DNA of 63,656 bases, the filler included, from Octopus bimaculoides (taxonomy: Eukaryota): the NCBI RefSeq assembly GCF_001194135.2. It is 5 parts of 5 records of this genome, joined end to end, with 100 filler letters (N's around TTAATTAATTAA, not from the genome) between each part and the next. Parts side by side here need not be neighbours in the genome. Positions count along the whole stretch, not along the records: positions 44,759 to 63,656 come from NC_069010.1; 4 more parts are not named here. One strand, given 5' to 3'. The notes beneath the pieces were generated by a model. The model saw only the letters and a program-made list of their open reading frames with translations. It searched no databases and was not told the DNA's origin. Both the position numbers and the translations under genes were made by a program. Positions 50,073 to 62,269 of the stretch are shown piece by piece (the stretch's first letter is position 1; each line of letters starts with the position of its first letter).

Positions 50073-51382
50073 CTGTTACATAAACCAGATTATAAAGGAA
50101 ATTGTACAGAAAATTATTTGGTAAAACATTAAATTTGTTGTCATAGAATCAAATGAAAAAAAGGGTTATAACGGAGAAAAACGTGATGATGATGATGAAA
50201 AGAAGGAGGTTTGGATAGAGGAAGAGGTAATATGAGATGGGAAGGAGGCAGAGGGGAAGTTAGATAAGAGGCAGGGAAGAGAAGTAGGGGAGCATGGAAG
50301 GAGGGGAATTTGGAGGAGGGAAAAAAGACAGGTTGAGAGGACACGAGGAGGGAAAGACAGGATGAGGTGAAGAGAAAGTGGAAAAAAGAGACGATGCACA
50401 TTGAGAAATTGTACGTAATAACGAAGGTGAAGGAAAAAGTCATAGGTGGCACAGATCTATAGAAGTGCAAGTAAATTATGATGAAACGAAAACGACGCAT
50501 GAGAAATGGAAAAAGCAGTTGAAAAATTTTAATTGATGAGAGGAAATATATTATGAACATGAACGATGGAGAAGAAAATTGAGAAGAGAAAAGATGCAGG
50601 AATAAAATACATAGTACAAGGAAGAGGAGGAAAGTAGCAACGAGAATCACAATGTAGAAAAGAGGGAGAAGAAAATAAATATGAATATAAATAGTACGGT
50701 CACATATCTGCACATACACACAAGCATTTTCGCACAGAATATCAATCGCTGCTGTAGATACGCCCATACATACTAAACACAAATCCCTTCACAGACATAC
50801 ATTCAAACCCAATCAAATACTTTCACACAAAAATTGAGAGGGATGATATGAATTAGAGAAGAATAAAGCTGGAAGAAAAGTGTGATGTGAAGACAATAGG
50901 TATTCAGAATAATACTTGGAAGATATTGCTCATACCATAACCATGAAGATGTCCGTGATATGAAAGAGATTTGATAAGCAATTCTAATTCGGATAAATAA
51001 TATATATTGTTAATATTGAGACTTAAAAATGACATTATGGAAAAGAAGAAAGATAACGACGAAGAAAAGGAGAAAGAAGAATAGGATGGCAATTATGAAG
51101 GCGGAGATAACAAAGGAAAATACTTAGTAGTAGTAGTATTAGTAGTAGTAGCAGTTGTAGTAGTGGCAGCAACAACAGCAGCAGGAGCAAAAAGAAGAGG
51201 GGGAGGAGAAGAAATAAATCATGATGATGATGCTAAACAAAAGTAAACAAGGAGAGGAAGAAAAAGGAGAAGAAGAGGAAGACAAAGTAGATGTAAAAGA
51301 AATGGAATTAGAAGGGGAAAAAGAAGAAAAGATGATGTGGAAAAAGAGCTGACAGTATTAGGTATGTGAATGAGTGGGTGTA

Positions 51383-51414
<32 letters not shown>

Positions 51415-51789
51415 GTTGCATGTGTATGTAGATGTAAGAGTCAATAGTGAGTCAGGGGCAGTCTTAAGGGTATGTGAATGTGTGGGTGTGACTGTTTGTT
51501 TATGCCTGTGAGTGTGTCGAAGTATACGTATGTGTGTGTATATATGTGCAAGTGTGCATGCGTTGTGTGTTTGTGTTGCGTGTGTGGAGTAGTGTCGAGT
51601 GCGAGGAGGTATATGTGCGTTCATGTGTGAGTGTGTGGGTGAGTTTATGTACGTGTTTGTGCGTGCGAGTGTATGTGTATGCATGAGAGGGAGATCGGGA
51701 TGTGGTGGAGTGTGTGCTTACGCTGGTGTAGTCAATGGTATGGGTATCGCGTGCGGGCGGGCGGGCGTGTATGCTTGTGTGGTGGTAAC

Positions 51790-52190
51790 TAGCTGGAGGC
51801 GACGGATGGCCTGCAGGATCTTCAGACGAAGTGTAGGGTGGCGGAGTGGAAAGGGGGAGAAAGTTGGGAATCAATGTGGGAAGGAAAGAGGGAGGTAGTA
51901 CGACCAATTTAGTACGAGCGCTGTAAAGGCAGTTTGGACAAGGATGGATGTGTATCCGCGAGGTATGAAGAAGAGAGGGAAATATTGGGATTGGGTCTCA
52001 AAGCCTAGTGCCGACTGCACAGGCATCGGAGGCGGAGGAACTGAGACAATGAAATAGTCCATTTGGTGTTGAAAGGATGGGAGAAGGAACGTTGAAGTAG
52101 AGGTAGAAGTCTGTGGGTTTAAAGAAGGTGGAGGTGGTGAGAGAGAGGGTAAGGGTATCAATGGCTAGTGTGATATCGTGGAAGTTTATG
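51790..52190 (-). mobile_element. Decayed Penelope-like RT C-terminal fragment (intronic)
   Basis: FFKPTDFYLYF...SHPFNTK..ISLSQFLRLRCLCS matches the PLE KPTD...YL...SxHP...SQFLRLRRLCS motif. Confidence 0.8.
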
Positions 52191-52203
52191 GAAGTATGAG
52201 AGA

Positions 52204-52240
<37 letters not shown>

Positions 52241-52254
52241 ATATATAATATGAA

Positions 52255-52400
52255 AGTCCTCTGAGTTTCCGTCTACAAAACTCAGAAAGTATAGGTCATC
52301 TCGAGGCTATAGCAGGAGTCATGCGCCAAATTTGTCACAGTGGTACTGAGATCTAAACCGTGTCGTCGAAGCGTCTTACTACATAACCATACCAATCCTA
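52255..52400 (-). mobile_element. Degenerate SINE family A head
   Basis: tttccgtctac.aaac...ctcgaggctatagca matches the reverse complement of the head/core. Confidence 0.6.
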
Positions 52401-52968
52401 ATATATATATATGCTTGTGTATGTATATGTGTGTTTGTGTGTGTATGTATATGTGTGTTTGTGTGTGTATGTGTGTGTTTGTGTGTATATGTATGCGAAT
52501 ACATATATTCATACACAGCAAACATATATATTCACTCCATTTTCATACTTCAAAATATGTAACAGAAACTCAGAGATCTTAACGTAAAAACCTTTCTCTT
52601 TCATTTTCTCATGTTAAATTTTCTAACACTTTATGAAAGTACGTCTCTCGCACCATATGTGTCGGCATCTTTATCAGTGTCTGTGGGAATTATTTAAAAC
52701 ACAGTGTAAAATAATTGTTTTGATAACGTAATTTACTGTTAATAATTATGATTTTCTTAAACACATATACACACACCAATATACACGAATATACACGCGT
52801 GCACACAGAAAAGGAAAGACACATATTCACATAAATTCATACTCCCATACACAATATGTCGAAAATAAGTTAGGGAGAGATGGAGAAACAGAGCGAGAAG
52901 AAAGAGAAGATATATAATTTCTAGAGATATCACATTAATAAAATATTAACGACAAAAATTTAACTTAC

Positions 52969-53040
52969 AATCTCTGTAAAGTGGTAAGGTTGTGAAAGAT
53001 TCTGCGATCGATTTTGTCGATCTTATTATTAGTGAGATAT
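52969..53040 (-). CDS. LRR exon 7 (type A): YLTNNKIDKIDRRIFHNLTTLQRL
   Basis: 72 nt, atgttacag|A ... TT|gtaagt, phase 2-2, open. Confidence 0.9.
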
Positions 53041-53365
53041 CTGTAACATATATAAAAGAAATAGTAAACGAAAGTTTTCTGATAAAATATTTAATCTTTA
53101 ATCTTAAAATCAGATGAATAACAAGGGACAGTGAAAGACAAAAACTTAATGATGATTATGATGATAATAATGATAGATGAAAGAGGGAATACAGAATCAG
53201 AAATTGATAGTGATATAGAAAACAGTTAAAAAATGATTCCTAGAACATACAATTTTAAAGAAATGGAAACTGATGAAACGAAACATAAGTATCAAAATTT
53301 GAAAATGTAGTTGAAACATATTTTGAGAAGAGTTGATGAACATGGTAAATGTAAAGGACAATTGT

Positions 53366-53565
53366 GAAGAAGAAGAAGAAGAAGAAGAAGAAGAAGAAGA
53401 AGAAGAAGAAGAAGAAGAAGAAGAAGAAGAAGAAGAAGAAGGAGGAGAAGGAGGAGGAGGATAAGGAGAGAAAGAAGAAGAAGAATAAGAAGAAGAAGAG
53501 GAAGGAGGAGGAGGAGGAGGGGAGGAGAAGAAGAAGAAGAAGAAGAAGAAGAAGAAGAAGAAAAA
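53366..53565. repeat. (GAA)n/(GGA)n microsatellite
   Basis: Direct inspection. Confidence 0.95.
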
Positions 53566-54391
53566 AAATAAATAAAATAAGAACAAATATTTCAGTGAGT
53601 TGAAGTGAACTTTAAAGGAAGAGATCATATCTGAAAGAAAAACACATGCTTTTAGTGAGAACCGCACATATACTTATACAGTCATACACGCATACACTTA
53701 GGTACACGTTATCAATGATTGTTTCAGTTATATTCACATTCACACATACACATTTATACACATTCATACGCAAATGTGGTGAGAGAGTATTAGTTTAAGA
53801 GAAAGAAGTCGAGGGAGGTAGTGACGTCAGAAAAGAAATATTTAGAAATACAACATCAGTGAAATAGCATCAGGAAAATGTTAGAAATTACGAATGCTGC
53901 AAGCTGATGACTTTTACAGAGAGGAAGATATGTGTGACTATATTATAAGTATTTATATATTCCAGTTCTACATCCAGAGGTTGTATTATATAAATAAGCT
54001 ACACTGACTAAAGAAATGGGAGAGGAAGAGAAAATTGGGGGGAAGGAAGGACGGCAAAGAACAAGAGGAAAACCAAAATTCAAGAAGGGAATCAATATCG
54101 AAGGAGGAGCTAAAACATGGTTACGAGTTATATAGTCAAAAATATATACGCCGCCACACAAATGCATATAAACATACATATTACACTTCAATTTATATGG
54201 TTTCTTACAAGCATATATAAAATCCCTGTTGTTCTCAGCTTCATTCAAAATCAAAGTAATTTAACGCAAATATAAGGGCAGAATATGAGTGAGAGTGAAA
54301 GGAATAAAGAATAAAAGGGAAAAGAGCGGACATTAAATGCATAGAAATATTACATGCATAATGTAGTATCAACAGAATTAAACGGACTTAC

Positions 54392-54463
54392 AATTCTTTT
54401 AAACTTGGAAGACCCTGGAAGCTTCCTTTTTCAATATGCGAAATTTTATTTTGGTGAAGGTAT
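54392..54463 (-). CDS. LRR exon 6 (type B): YLHQNKISHIEKGSFQGLPSLKEL
   Basis: 72 nt, ttttctcctatag|A ... TT|gtaagt, phase 2-2, open. Confidence 0.9.
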
Positions 54464-55741
54464 CTATAGGAGAAAAGAAGAAGGATATGTGTTGATCTAG
54501 AAAATCTTTGTCATAAGATATTAAATAAAGATTCTTTAAAATGGAAGAATGGATGAGAGGACCGATTGCGATAAAAAAGGAGAAGAAAAAGGTGAATAAT
54601 TTAGTGAAAAAGAAGGAATTAAGAAAAGAAGCAGGTGAAGAAGATGAAGTCGAAGTAGATGGATTTGAAGAGGAAGTAGAAAAGAAAGTGATAATAAAGA
54701 TGTTTGAATAGAATAAACGCAAGAGAGGGACAATTTGTTACAGTCTGTCAGATTCCGACCATGATGAAATACCACAAGGTATTGAAAATACGTATTCGCC
54801 TTTATATATTTAATCCTTTATATTGAACACTCAATATTTCATATATTCAATAAGACATATTCCATATATTCAATAAGACATTCAATACTTCATTTCATTG
54901 TACCATCCATTTTTACAGTATATATTATATATTCCATATTTTATATCCCACATTAATTTTACAAGAATATAAATAAAACATAAGAAACAGAGTTGGAAGT
55001 CTTTTAATTAAAATAATATATTTCTCCATACACGATCATACAAANNNNNNNNNNNNNNNNNNNNNNNNNNNNNNNNNNNNNNNNNNNNNNNNNNNNNNNN
55101 NNNNNNNNNNNNNNNNNNNNNNNNNNNNNNNNNNNNNNNNNNNNNNNNNNNNNNNNNNNNNNNNNNNNNNNNNNNNNNNNNNNNNNNNNNNNNNNNNNNN
55201 NNNNNNNNNNNNNNNNNNNNNNNNNNNNNNNNNNNNNNNNNNNNNNNNNNNNNNNNNNNNNNNNNNNNNNNNNNNNNNNNNNNNNNNNNNNNNNNNNNNN
55301 NNNNNNNNNNNNNNNNNNNNNNNNNNNNNNNNNNNNNNNNNNNNNNNNNNNNNNNNNNNNNNNNNNNNNNNNNNNNNNNNNNNNNNNNNNNNNNNNNNNN
55401 NNNNNNNNNNNNNNNNNNNNNNNNNNNNNNNNNNNNNNNNNNNNNNNNNNNNNNNNNNNNNNNNNNNNNNNNNNNNNNNNNNNNNNNNNNNNNNNNNNNN
55501 NNNNNNNNNNNNNNNNNNNNNNNNNNNNNNNNNNNNNNNNNNNNNNNNNNNNNNNNNNNNNNNNNNNNNNNNNNNNNNNNNNNNNNNNNNNNNNNNNNNN
55601 NNNNNNNNNNNNNNNNNNNNNNNNNNNNNNNNNNNNNNNNNNNNNNNNNNNNNNNNNNNNNNNNNNNNNNNNNNNNNNNNNNNNNNNNNNNNNNNNNNNN
55701 NNNNNNNNNNNNNNNNNNNNNNNNNNNNNNNNNNNNNNNNN

Positions 55742-55803
<62 letters not shown>

Positions 55804-55997
55804 AGAAATACAGGGGTACATATTCATATAAAATCCTTCTCTCATATAAAAAATGTCGAAAATAGGTTATTGGAAAAGAGATAGAGAGAGATATAGGGAG
55901 ACAGGAGAGCGATAGGCAAACATACGGAAAGAGAAGTTGGTATAATTTCTAGAGAAATTACGTTACAAAAAACATTAGCAACAAAAATTGAACTTAC

Positions 55998-56069
55998 AGC
56001 ATCTGTAAACTGGTAAGATTGTGTAACATCACACGATCAATTTTTTTTACCCTATTTTTACGCAAATCT
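55998..56069 (-). CDS. LRR exon 5 (type A): DLRKNRVKKIDRVMLHNLTSLQML
   Basis: 72 nt, tatgttacag|A ... CT|gtaagt, phase 2-2, open. Confidence 0.85.
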
Positions 56070-56813
56070 CTGTAACATAAAACAATGTGTAAATGAAACA
56101 ATAAACGAAAGTTTTATGATAAAATATTTAATCTTCAGTTTTAAACGCAAATGAAGAACATAGAACAATAGATGAGAATTCATGATGAAGATGAGGAGGA
56201 GGAGGAGAAGGAGGATAATGATGAAAGTGGTGGTACGGAATCAGAAATTGATGGAAATATCGGAGATGTTGAAGGAAAATCAATCATAGCAGGTATAGAT
56301 ATACAAAAGTGGAAGCAGATGAATCGAAGAAGAAAACTAAGAACAAGCAGAAGAACAACGAAAACTAAAAGAACAAGAAAAAGAAGATGAAGAAGAAAAG
56401 GAGGAGGAGCAGAGCAAGAAAATAAGATGGAGGAGGAAAGTATGTCGCTCACATCGTGTGTTTCAGCGTGTTTATCAGTGTCTGTGTATATGCATGTCAG
56501 AAAGGTATTTAATCAGTAGAGGGAATGATTCAAAACGCTGTGTAAAATAATTGTTTCAATAGAATAATTTAATGTTAACTATGATATCTCTTACACACAC
56601 AGACATACCAACGTACATGAACATACAGGCACAGACACAGGAATACAAAAATATATATTAACATCAAATCAGACTCTTATACATGAAATATCAAAAATAT
56701 GTCAGAGGAAAAGAGAAAGAGAGAGAGAGAGAGGAAGGGACTAAGAAATAGATGATATATAATTTCTAGATATATTGTGTTAGTAAAATATAATCAAACA
56801 AAATTCAACTTAC

Positions 56814-56885
56814 AATATCTGTAAACTGGTAAGGTTATGGAAGGTTCCGCGATCGATTTTCTCGACCCTATTGATACGCAAATCT
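56814..56885 (-). CDS. LRR exon 4 (type A): DLRINRVEKIDRGTFHNLTSLQIL
   Basis: 72 nt, tttcgttacag|A ... TT|gtaagt, phase 2-2, open. Confidence 0.9.
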
Positions 56886-57278
56886 CTGTAACGAAACACA
56901 AAGTATAAAGGAAATAGTAAACGAATGCTTTCTGATAAAATATTTTATCTTCCGTCTTAAAATCAAATGAAGAACATAGGACAATGAAAGACAAAAACTA
57001 AATGGGGATGATGATGATGATGATGATGATGATGACGACGACGACGACGAGAACGACGATGATAATGATGATGATGAAACAGGTGATACAGAATCAGAAA
57101 TTGATGGAAATATCGAAGATGGTGAATGAAAAGTCAATCACAATTTATAGATTTATAGAATTGGACGCTGATGAATCGAAACAGATGCATCAGAAGTTGA
57201 AAAAGTAGTTCAGACAAATTTTTGAGACGAAGAAGAAAGGTAGCGTGATGAACATGATCAAGGTAAAGGAATTTTGTG

Positions 57279-57455
57279 AAGAAGAAGAAGAAGAAGAAGA
57301 AGAAGAAGAAGAAGAAGAAGAAGAAGAAGAAGAAGAAGAAGAAGAAGAAGAAGAAGAAGAAGAAGAAGAAGAAGAAGATGAAGAAGAAGAAGAAGAAGAA
57401 GAAGAAGAAGAAGAAGAAGAAGAAGAAGAAGAAGAAGAAGAAGAAGAAGAAGAAA
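57279..57455. repeat. (GAA)n microsatellite
   Basis: Direct inspection. Confidence 0.95.
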
Positions 57456-57846
57456 GAATTTAAAAAAGACAACAGTTTGTCTTAGATATGTAAACTGAAG
57501 AAATTGGAGATGAATAAAAAAATCCTAGAGGAAAAGAAGATGGTAAAGAACAAGAGGAAAAAGAAGATTCAAGACTGGAATGAAAAACGGAGGAAGTAAA
57601 ACATATGGATGCGAATTATATAGTCAAATATATATACGCAGCCAAGCAAATTCATTTTCATATAAACACATATAAAAGTCTTGTTGTACTATTCTTCATA
57701 CACAATCCAAGCAATATAACGTAAATATCGGTACAGAATATAAGTAAGAATGAAATAATTAAAGAATTAAAGATAAACGAGAGGACATTAAATGTATAGA
57801 AATATTACATGCATAATGTAGTATCAACAAAATTAAACGAACTTAC

Positions 57847-57918
57847 AATCCCTTTAAACTTGGAAGACCATGAAAGACTCCTTTTTCAATATGTGAAATA
57901 TTATTTAGGTAAAGATAT
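57847..57918 (-). CDS. LRR exon 3 (type B): YLYLNNISHIEKGVFHGLPSLKGL
   Basis: 72 nt, ttttctactctag|A ... TT|gtaagt, phase 2-2, open. Confidence 0.9.
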
Positions 57919-58429
57919 CTAGAGTAGAAAAGAAAGACGGTAAGTGTTGATATAGAAAATATTTGCAATAAGATATTAAATGAAGATTCTTTAAGATGGG
58001 GTGGTTATGAGGGGAGAGATTGCGATAAATATGAAGTTGAATAAAATGTAGAAGGAGGAAGAGGAGGAGAAGAAGGGGAAGCAGGGAAAGGAGACAAAAA
58101 GAATAAGTGAAACAGCAAGGGCAACAAGCAAACGAAGAAAAGAAGAGAAGAAAAAGAAGAAAAGGAAGAAGACGGAGAAGAAAATGAAGAAGAAAATTGA
58201 ATCAATATAATTATAAGTGTAAACAGAAGAAAGAGAAATAAAGATGAAGATTAGAAAAAGATGCGAAAGAAGTAGAATGATAAGACAGAGAAAAAGAAAT
58301 GAAAGAAAAGGACAAAGCGGAGCAAAGGGAAAGATTAACGAAGGAGAAGAAGAACAAAAACAAGAACTACAGCAACAAATGCATCAAGAAGTGAAAAAAG
58401 AAGAAAAAGAAGAAGGAGGTGGCGAACCC

Positions 58430-58570
58430 TGCTGTACTCTTTCACTTCCTGTTTCTGTTGTGCGTGTAATTCAAAGGGTCAGCCTTGTCACACTGTGTGA
58501 TGCTGAATATCCCCGAGAACTACGTTAAGGGTACACGTGTCTGTGGAGTGCTCAGCCACTTGCACGTTAA
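58430..58570 (+). mobile_element. Internal fragment of SINE family C
   Basis: caaaggg.cagccttgtcacact...gagaactacgttaagggtacacgtgtctgtggagtgctcagccac matches 22370-22470. Confidence 0.85.
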
Positions 58571-58796
58571 GAAGAAAAAGAAGGAAAGAAGAAAAATTAG
58601 AAGAAGTATAAATATAAAGTGTAAAATGAAGTAAAAAAATTAAAGATTAAGATTTGAAAAAGATGAGAACGACTGAAGAATTTGAAGAAGAATTAAAGTA
58701 GAAGAGAATGAAGAGAAAGAACAAGACGAAGGAACAGCGGAAGAAGAGGAAAAAAGAAGAAAGATGTGAAGAAGAATTAGGAAAGAAAGAACTGCA

Positions 58797-58982
58797 GAAG
58801 AAGAAGAAGAAGAAGAAGAAGAAGAAGAAGAAGAAGAAGAAGAAGAAGAAGAAGAAGAAGAAGAAGAAGAAGAAGAAGAAGAAGAAGAAGAAGACGGCAA
58901 AGAGAAGAAGAAGAAGAAGAAGAAGAAGAAGAAGAAGAAGAAGAAGAAGAAGAAGAAGAAGAAGAAGAAGAAGAAGAAGAAA
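58797..58982. repeat. (GAA)n microsatellite
   Basis: Direct inspection. Confidence 0.95.
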
Positions 58983-59378
58983 AGATCGTGCAGAAGACGC
59001 TGGAAAATAAAAAGACGAACAGGTCTTATTAGATCCCTAAACTAAATTGAATGAAGAAACTAGAAATAAATGAAAGAATTTGGAGGAAGAGAATACGGTA
59101 AAGAACAACAAGAAAAACAAAATTCAGGACGGGAAGAAAAAACGAACGTGGAAGTAAAACGCCGCCACACAAATACATATGAACATATACATTACACTTG
59201 TATTTATATGGTTTCTTGCAAACATATATAAAATCCCAGTTGTTTTCAACTTCATTCCAAATCGAAACAATATAACGCAAATTTAAGGACACAATATGAG
59301 TGAGAGTGAAAAGAATAAAGAATAAAAGGGGAAATATTACATGGACTGTGTAGTATCAACAAAATTGAACGAACTCAC

Positions 59379-59450
59379 AATTCTTTCAGATTTACAAGAC
59401 CACTGAAGCTTCCTTTTTCAATATGCGAAATTTTATTTTGGTGAAGATAT
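59379..59450 (-). CDS. LRR exon 2 (type B): YLHQNKISHIEKGSFSGLVNLKEL
   Basis: 72 nt, ttttctcttatag|A ... TT|gtgagt, phase 2-2, open. Confidence 0.9.
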
Positions 59451-59666
59451 CTATAAGAGAAAAGAAAGAGGATAACAGGAAAGAAGGAGGATAAGTGATG
59501 ATATAGAAAACATTTGCAATAAGATATTAATTAAAGATTCTTTAAAATGGGAGAATGGATGAGAGGAGGGATTGCGATAAATAAGACGCAGTAGAAGAAA
59601 ACAAAAGAAGAAAAAAGTTTAAGAGGGGCTAAAGCAGCAGCATTAGTGATAATAATAATAATGATG

Positions 59667-59711
<45 letters not shown>

Positions 59712-59771
59712 AGAAGAAGAAGGGAAGGAGGAGGAGGAAGAAGAAGAAGAAGAAACACACACTTACACACA

Positions 59772-59805
<34 letters not shown>

Positions 59806-61065
59806 NNNNNNNNNNNNNNNNNNNNNNNNNNNNNNNNNNNNNNNNNNNNNNNNNNNNNNNNNNNNNNNNNNNNNNNNNNNNNNNNNNNNNNNNNNNNNNN
59901 NNNNNNNNNNNNNNNNNNNNNNNNNNNNNNNNNNNNNNNNNNNNNNNNNNNNNNNNNNNNNNNNNNNNNNNNNNNNNNNNNNNNNNNNNNNNNNNNNNNN
60001 NNNNNNNNNNNNNNNNNNNNNNNNNNNNNNNNNNNNNNNNNNNNNNNNNNNNNNNNNNNNNNNNNNNNNNNNNNNNNNNNNNNNNNNNNNNNNNNNNNNN
60101 NNNNNNNNNNNNNNNNNNNNNNNNNNNNNNNNNNNNNNNNNNNNNNNNNNNNNNNNNNNNNNNNNNNNNNNNNNNNNNNNNNNNNNNNNNNNNNNNNNNN
60201 NNNNNNNNNNNNNNNNNNNNNNNNNNNNNNNNNNNNNNNNNNNNNNNNNNNNNNNNNNNNNNNNNNNNNNNNNNNNNNNNNNNNNNNNNNNNNNNNNNNN
60301 NNNNNNNNNNNNNNNNNNNNNNNNNNNNNNNNNNNNNNNNNNNNNNNNNNNNNNNNNNNNNNNNNNNNNNNNNNNNNNNNNNNNNNNNNNNNNNNNNNNN
60401 NNNNNNNNNNNNNNNNNNNNNNNNNNNNNNNNNNNNNNNNNNNNNNNNNNNNNNNNNNNNNNNNNNNNNNNNNNNNNNNNNNNNNNNNNNNNNNNNNNNN
60501 NNNNNNNNNNNNNNNNNNNNNNNNNNNNNNNNNNNNNNNNNNNNNNNNNNNNNNNNNNNNNNNNNNNNNNNNNNNNNNNNNNNNNNNNNNNNNNNNNNNN
60601 NNNNNNNNNNNNNNNTATATATATATATGTATGTATATATATATATATGTATGTATATATATAAACAATATATACGGGCGTGCAATTTATAGGACAGATC
60701 CAGGTAATAATTACAAGATACCTAAGTGATGCTTAAGTGTCCAAGGAAACAATGATCACACTTCCGGGATAAGTAAGTCGTATTTAGGAGAAAATAGGGA
60801 AAATTGAAAAAGGAGACAAGCGCTCAGGATGTTATTAACGCATTTATCTCTTCATATCTTCTACATATATTTCAATGGATGCATTCAAAATACGTGGGAC
60901 TGGAAGGATTATGGTCAGCTATGTATCAATCTCATCAGGAAAGATATTAAAAACAATACTCATCAAATAGACTTTCTTACAGATATAAGAAACCCTAGAA
61001 AATGTGACGCATTTATATGCATATGCACGCACACGTTCACATATATATGCAACATGTATACATAA

Positions 61066-61096
<31 letters not shown>

Positions 61097-61878
61097 CATA
61101 CGCACAAACACACACACATATATGTGTATATATATTTGTATTTATATTTTACTCGGCACGTGCAAAAACACAAATATATACGTTAATAAACGTTTTCGAG
61201 CATCTACTTATATGCATAAAAACACGTTTACATACACGTAAAAGTGCATACACATCCCAAATAGATAAACCTAAACACATACATACAGAGGACACATATT
61301 TACTTAAGCACATATACACGTTTGTATACAAACATAGCAAACATAGCATACGTACATAGAGGAGCAAAACCAGATATATACACATATACACATATAGAAA
61401 GCCAAGTAGTGAGGGAACACTAAATATTTAAAATTGTCCTTAGGGAAATATACATTATAGGGTGCGAGAAAAAGAAAAGGTATAGAAAGACAGGGGAAAA
61501 AAGAAAACAATGAAAGAAAGAGAGAGATAGTAGAGAGTAACGGGCCAAATTGTATAAATAAAGGTAGGAAGAGAATAAAGAAGGGACGAATAATATTTAT
61601 GTGAAATAATATAGATGAATAAAGAAAAGATAATTTGCAAAAAATTATTATTATAACGTGCAAATACTAGTTGAAAAACTGAAGAAATTTTTTTTCTGGT
61701 GCCTACACTTGTAAACAACCTCTATAAACCTATTTACCAGTTTATGTTTGAAAAAAGAGATTAAAAATTGCAATGCTTTTCCGTTGAAAGAGAGGCAAAG
61801 TCAGAGACATGCAAAAGTAGGAAATTGAAGATGTATAATCCCTATTGATAAAATATTATCAACAAATATTTAACTCAC

Positions 61879-61950
61879 AATATCTGTAATCTGGTAAGGT
61901 TGTGGAAGATTCCACGACCGATATTCACGACAATATTACGACTCAAATCT
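61879..61950 (-). CDS. LRR exon 1 in window (type A): DLSRNIVVNIGRGIFHNLTRLQIL
   Basis: 72 nt, tgtatgttacag|A ... TT|gtgagt, phase 2-2, open. Confidence 0.88.
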
Positions 61951-62067
61951 CTGTAACATACAACAAAGTATTAACAAAAATAGTTAAAGAAAGTTTTGTC
62001 AGAAAATATTTAATATTCAGACTTAAAAACAGATGAAGAACACATTACGATGAAAGACAAAAGCCTA

Positions 62068-62088
62068 ATGATGATGATAATAATGATA

Positions 62089-62148
<60 letters not shown>
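62068..62148. repeat. (GAT)n microsatellite
   Basis: Direct inspection. Confidence 0.95.
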
Positions 62149-62150
<2 letters not shown>

Positions 62151-62269
62151 AGAGGTGGCAGAATTTGATGGTAATATCGGTTACGGTGAAGGAAAGTCAT
62201 TCATAGAACATATAGAAGAAGAAAAGCAAGATGAAAAAGATGATACAGAAGAATGCGTAGAAGAGGAAT

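Noticed and set aside
50904-51092. LSLNINNIYYL segment resembling an LRR
   Set aside because: Register is off by one residue, there is no 72-nt exon with a proper donor, and no FxxL motif
53943-54254. ORF ENNRDFIYACKKPYKLKCN, paralleled at 59029-59292
   Set aside because: The similarity is explained by the duplicated type-B intron; the third copy (about 57590-57720) has indels and no splice sites were found
57167-57185. CTGATGAATCGAAAC hammerhead-like string (also 53270-53285, 30290-30320)
   Set aside because: No stem II or stem I pairing possible
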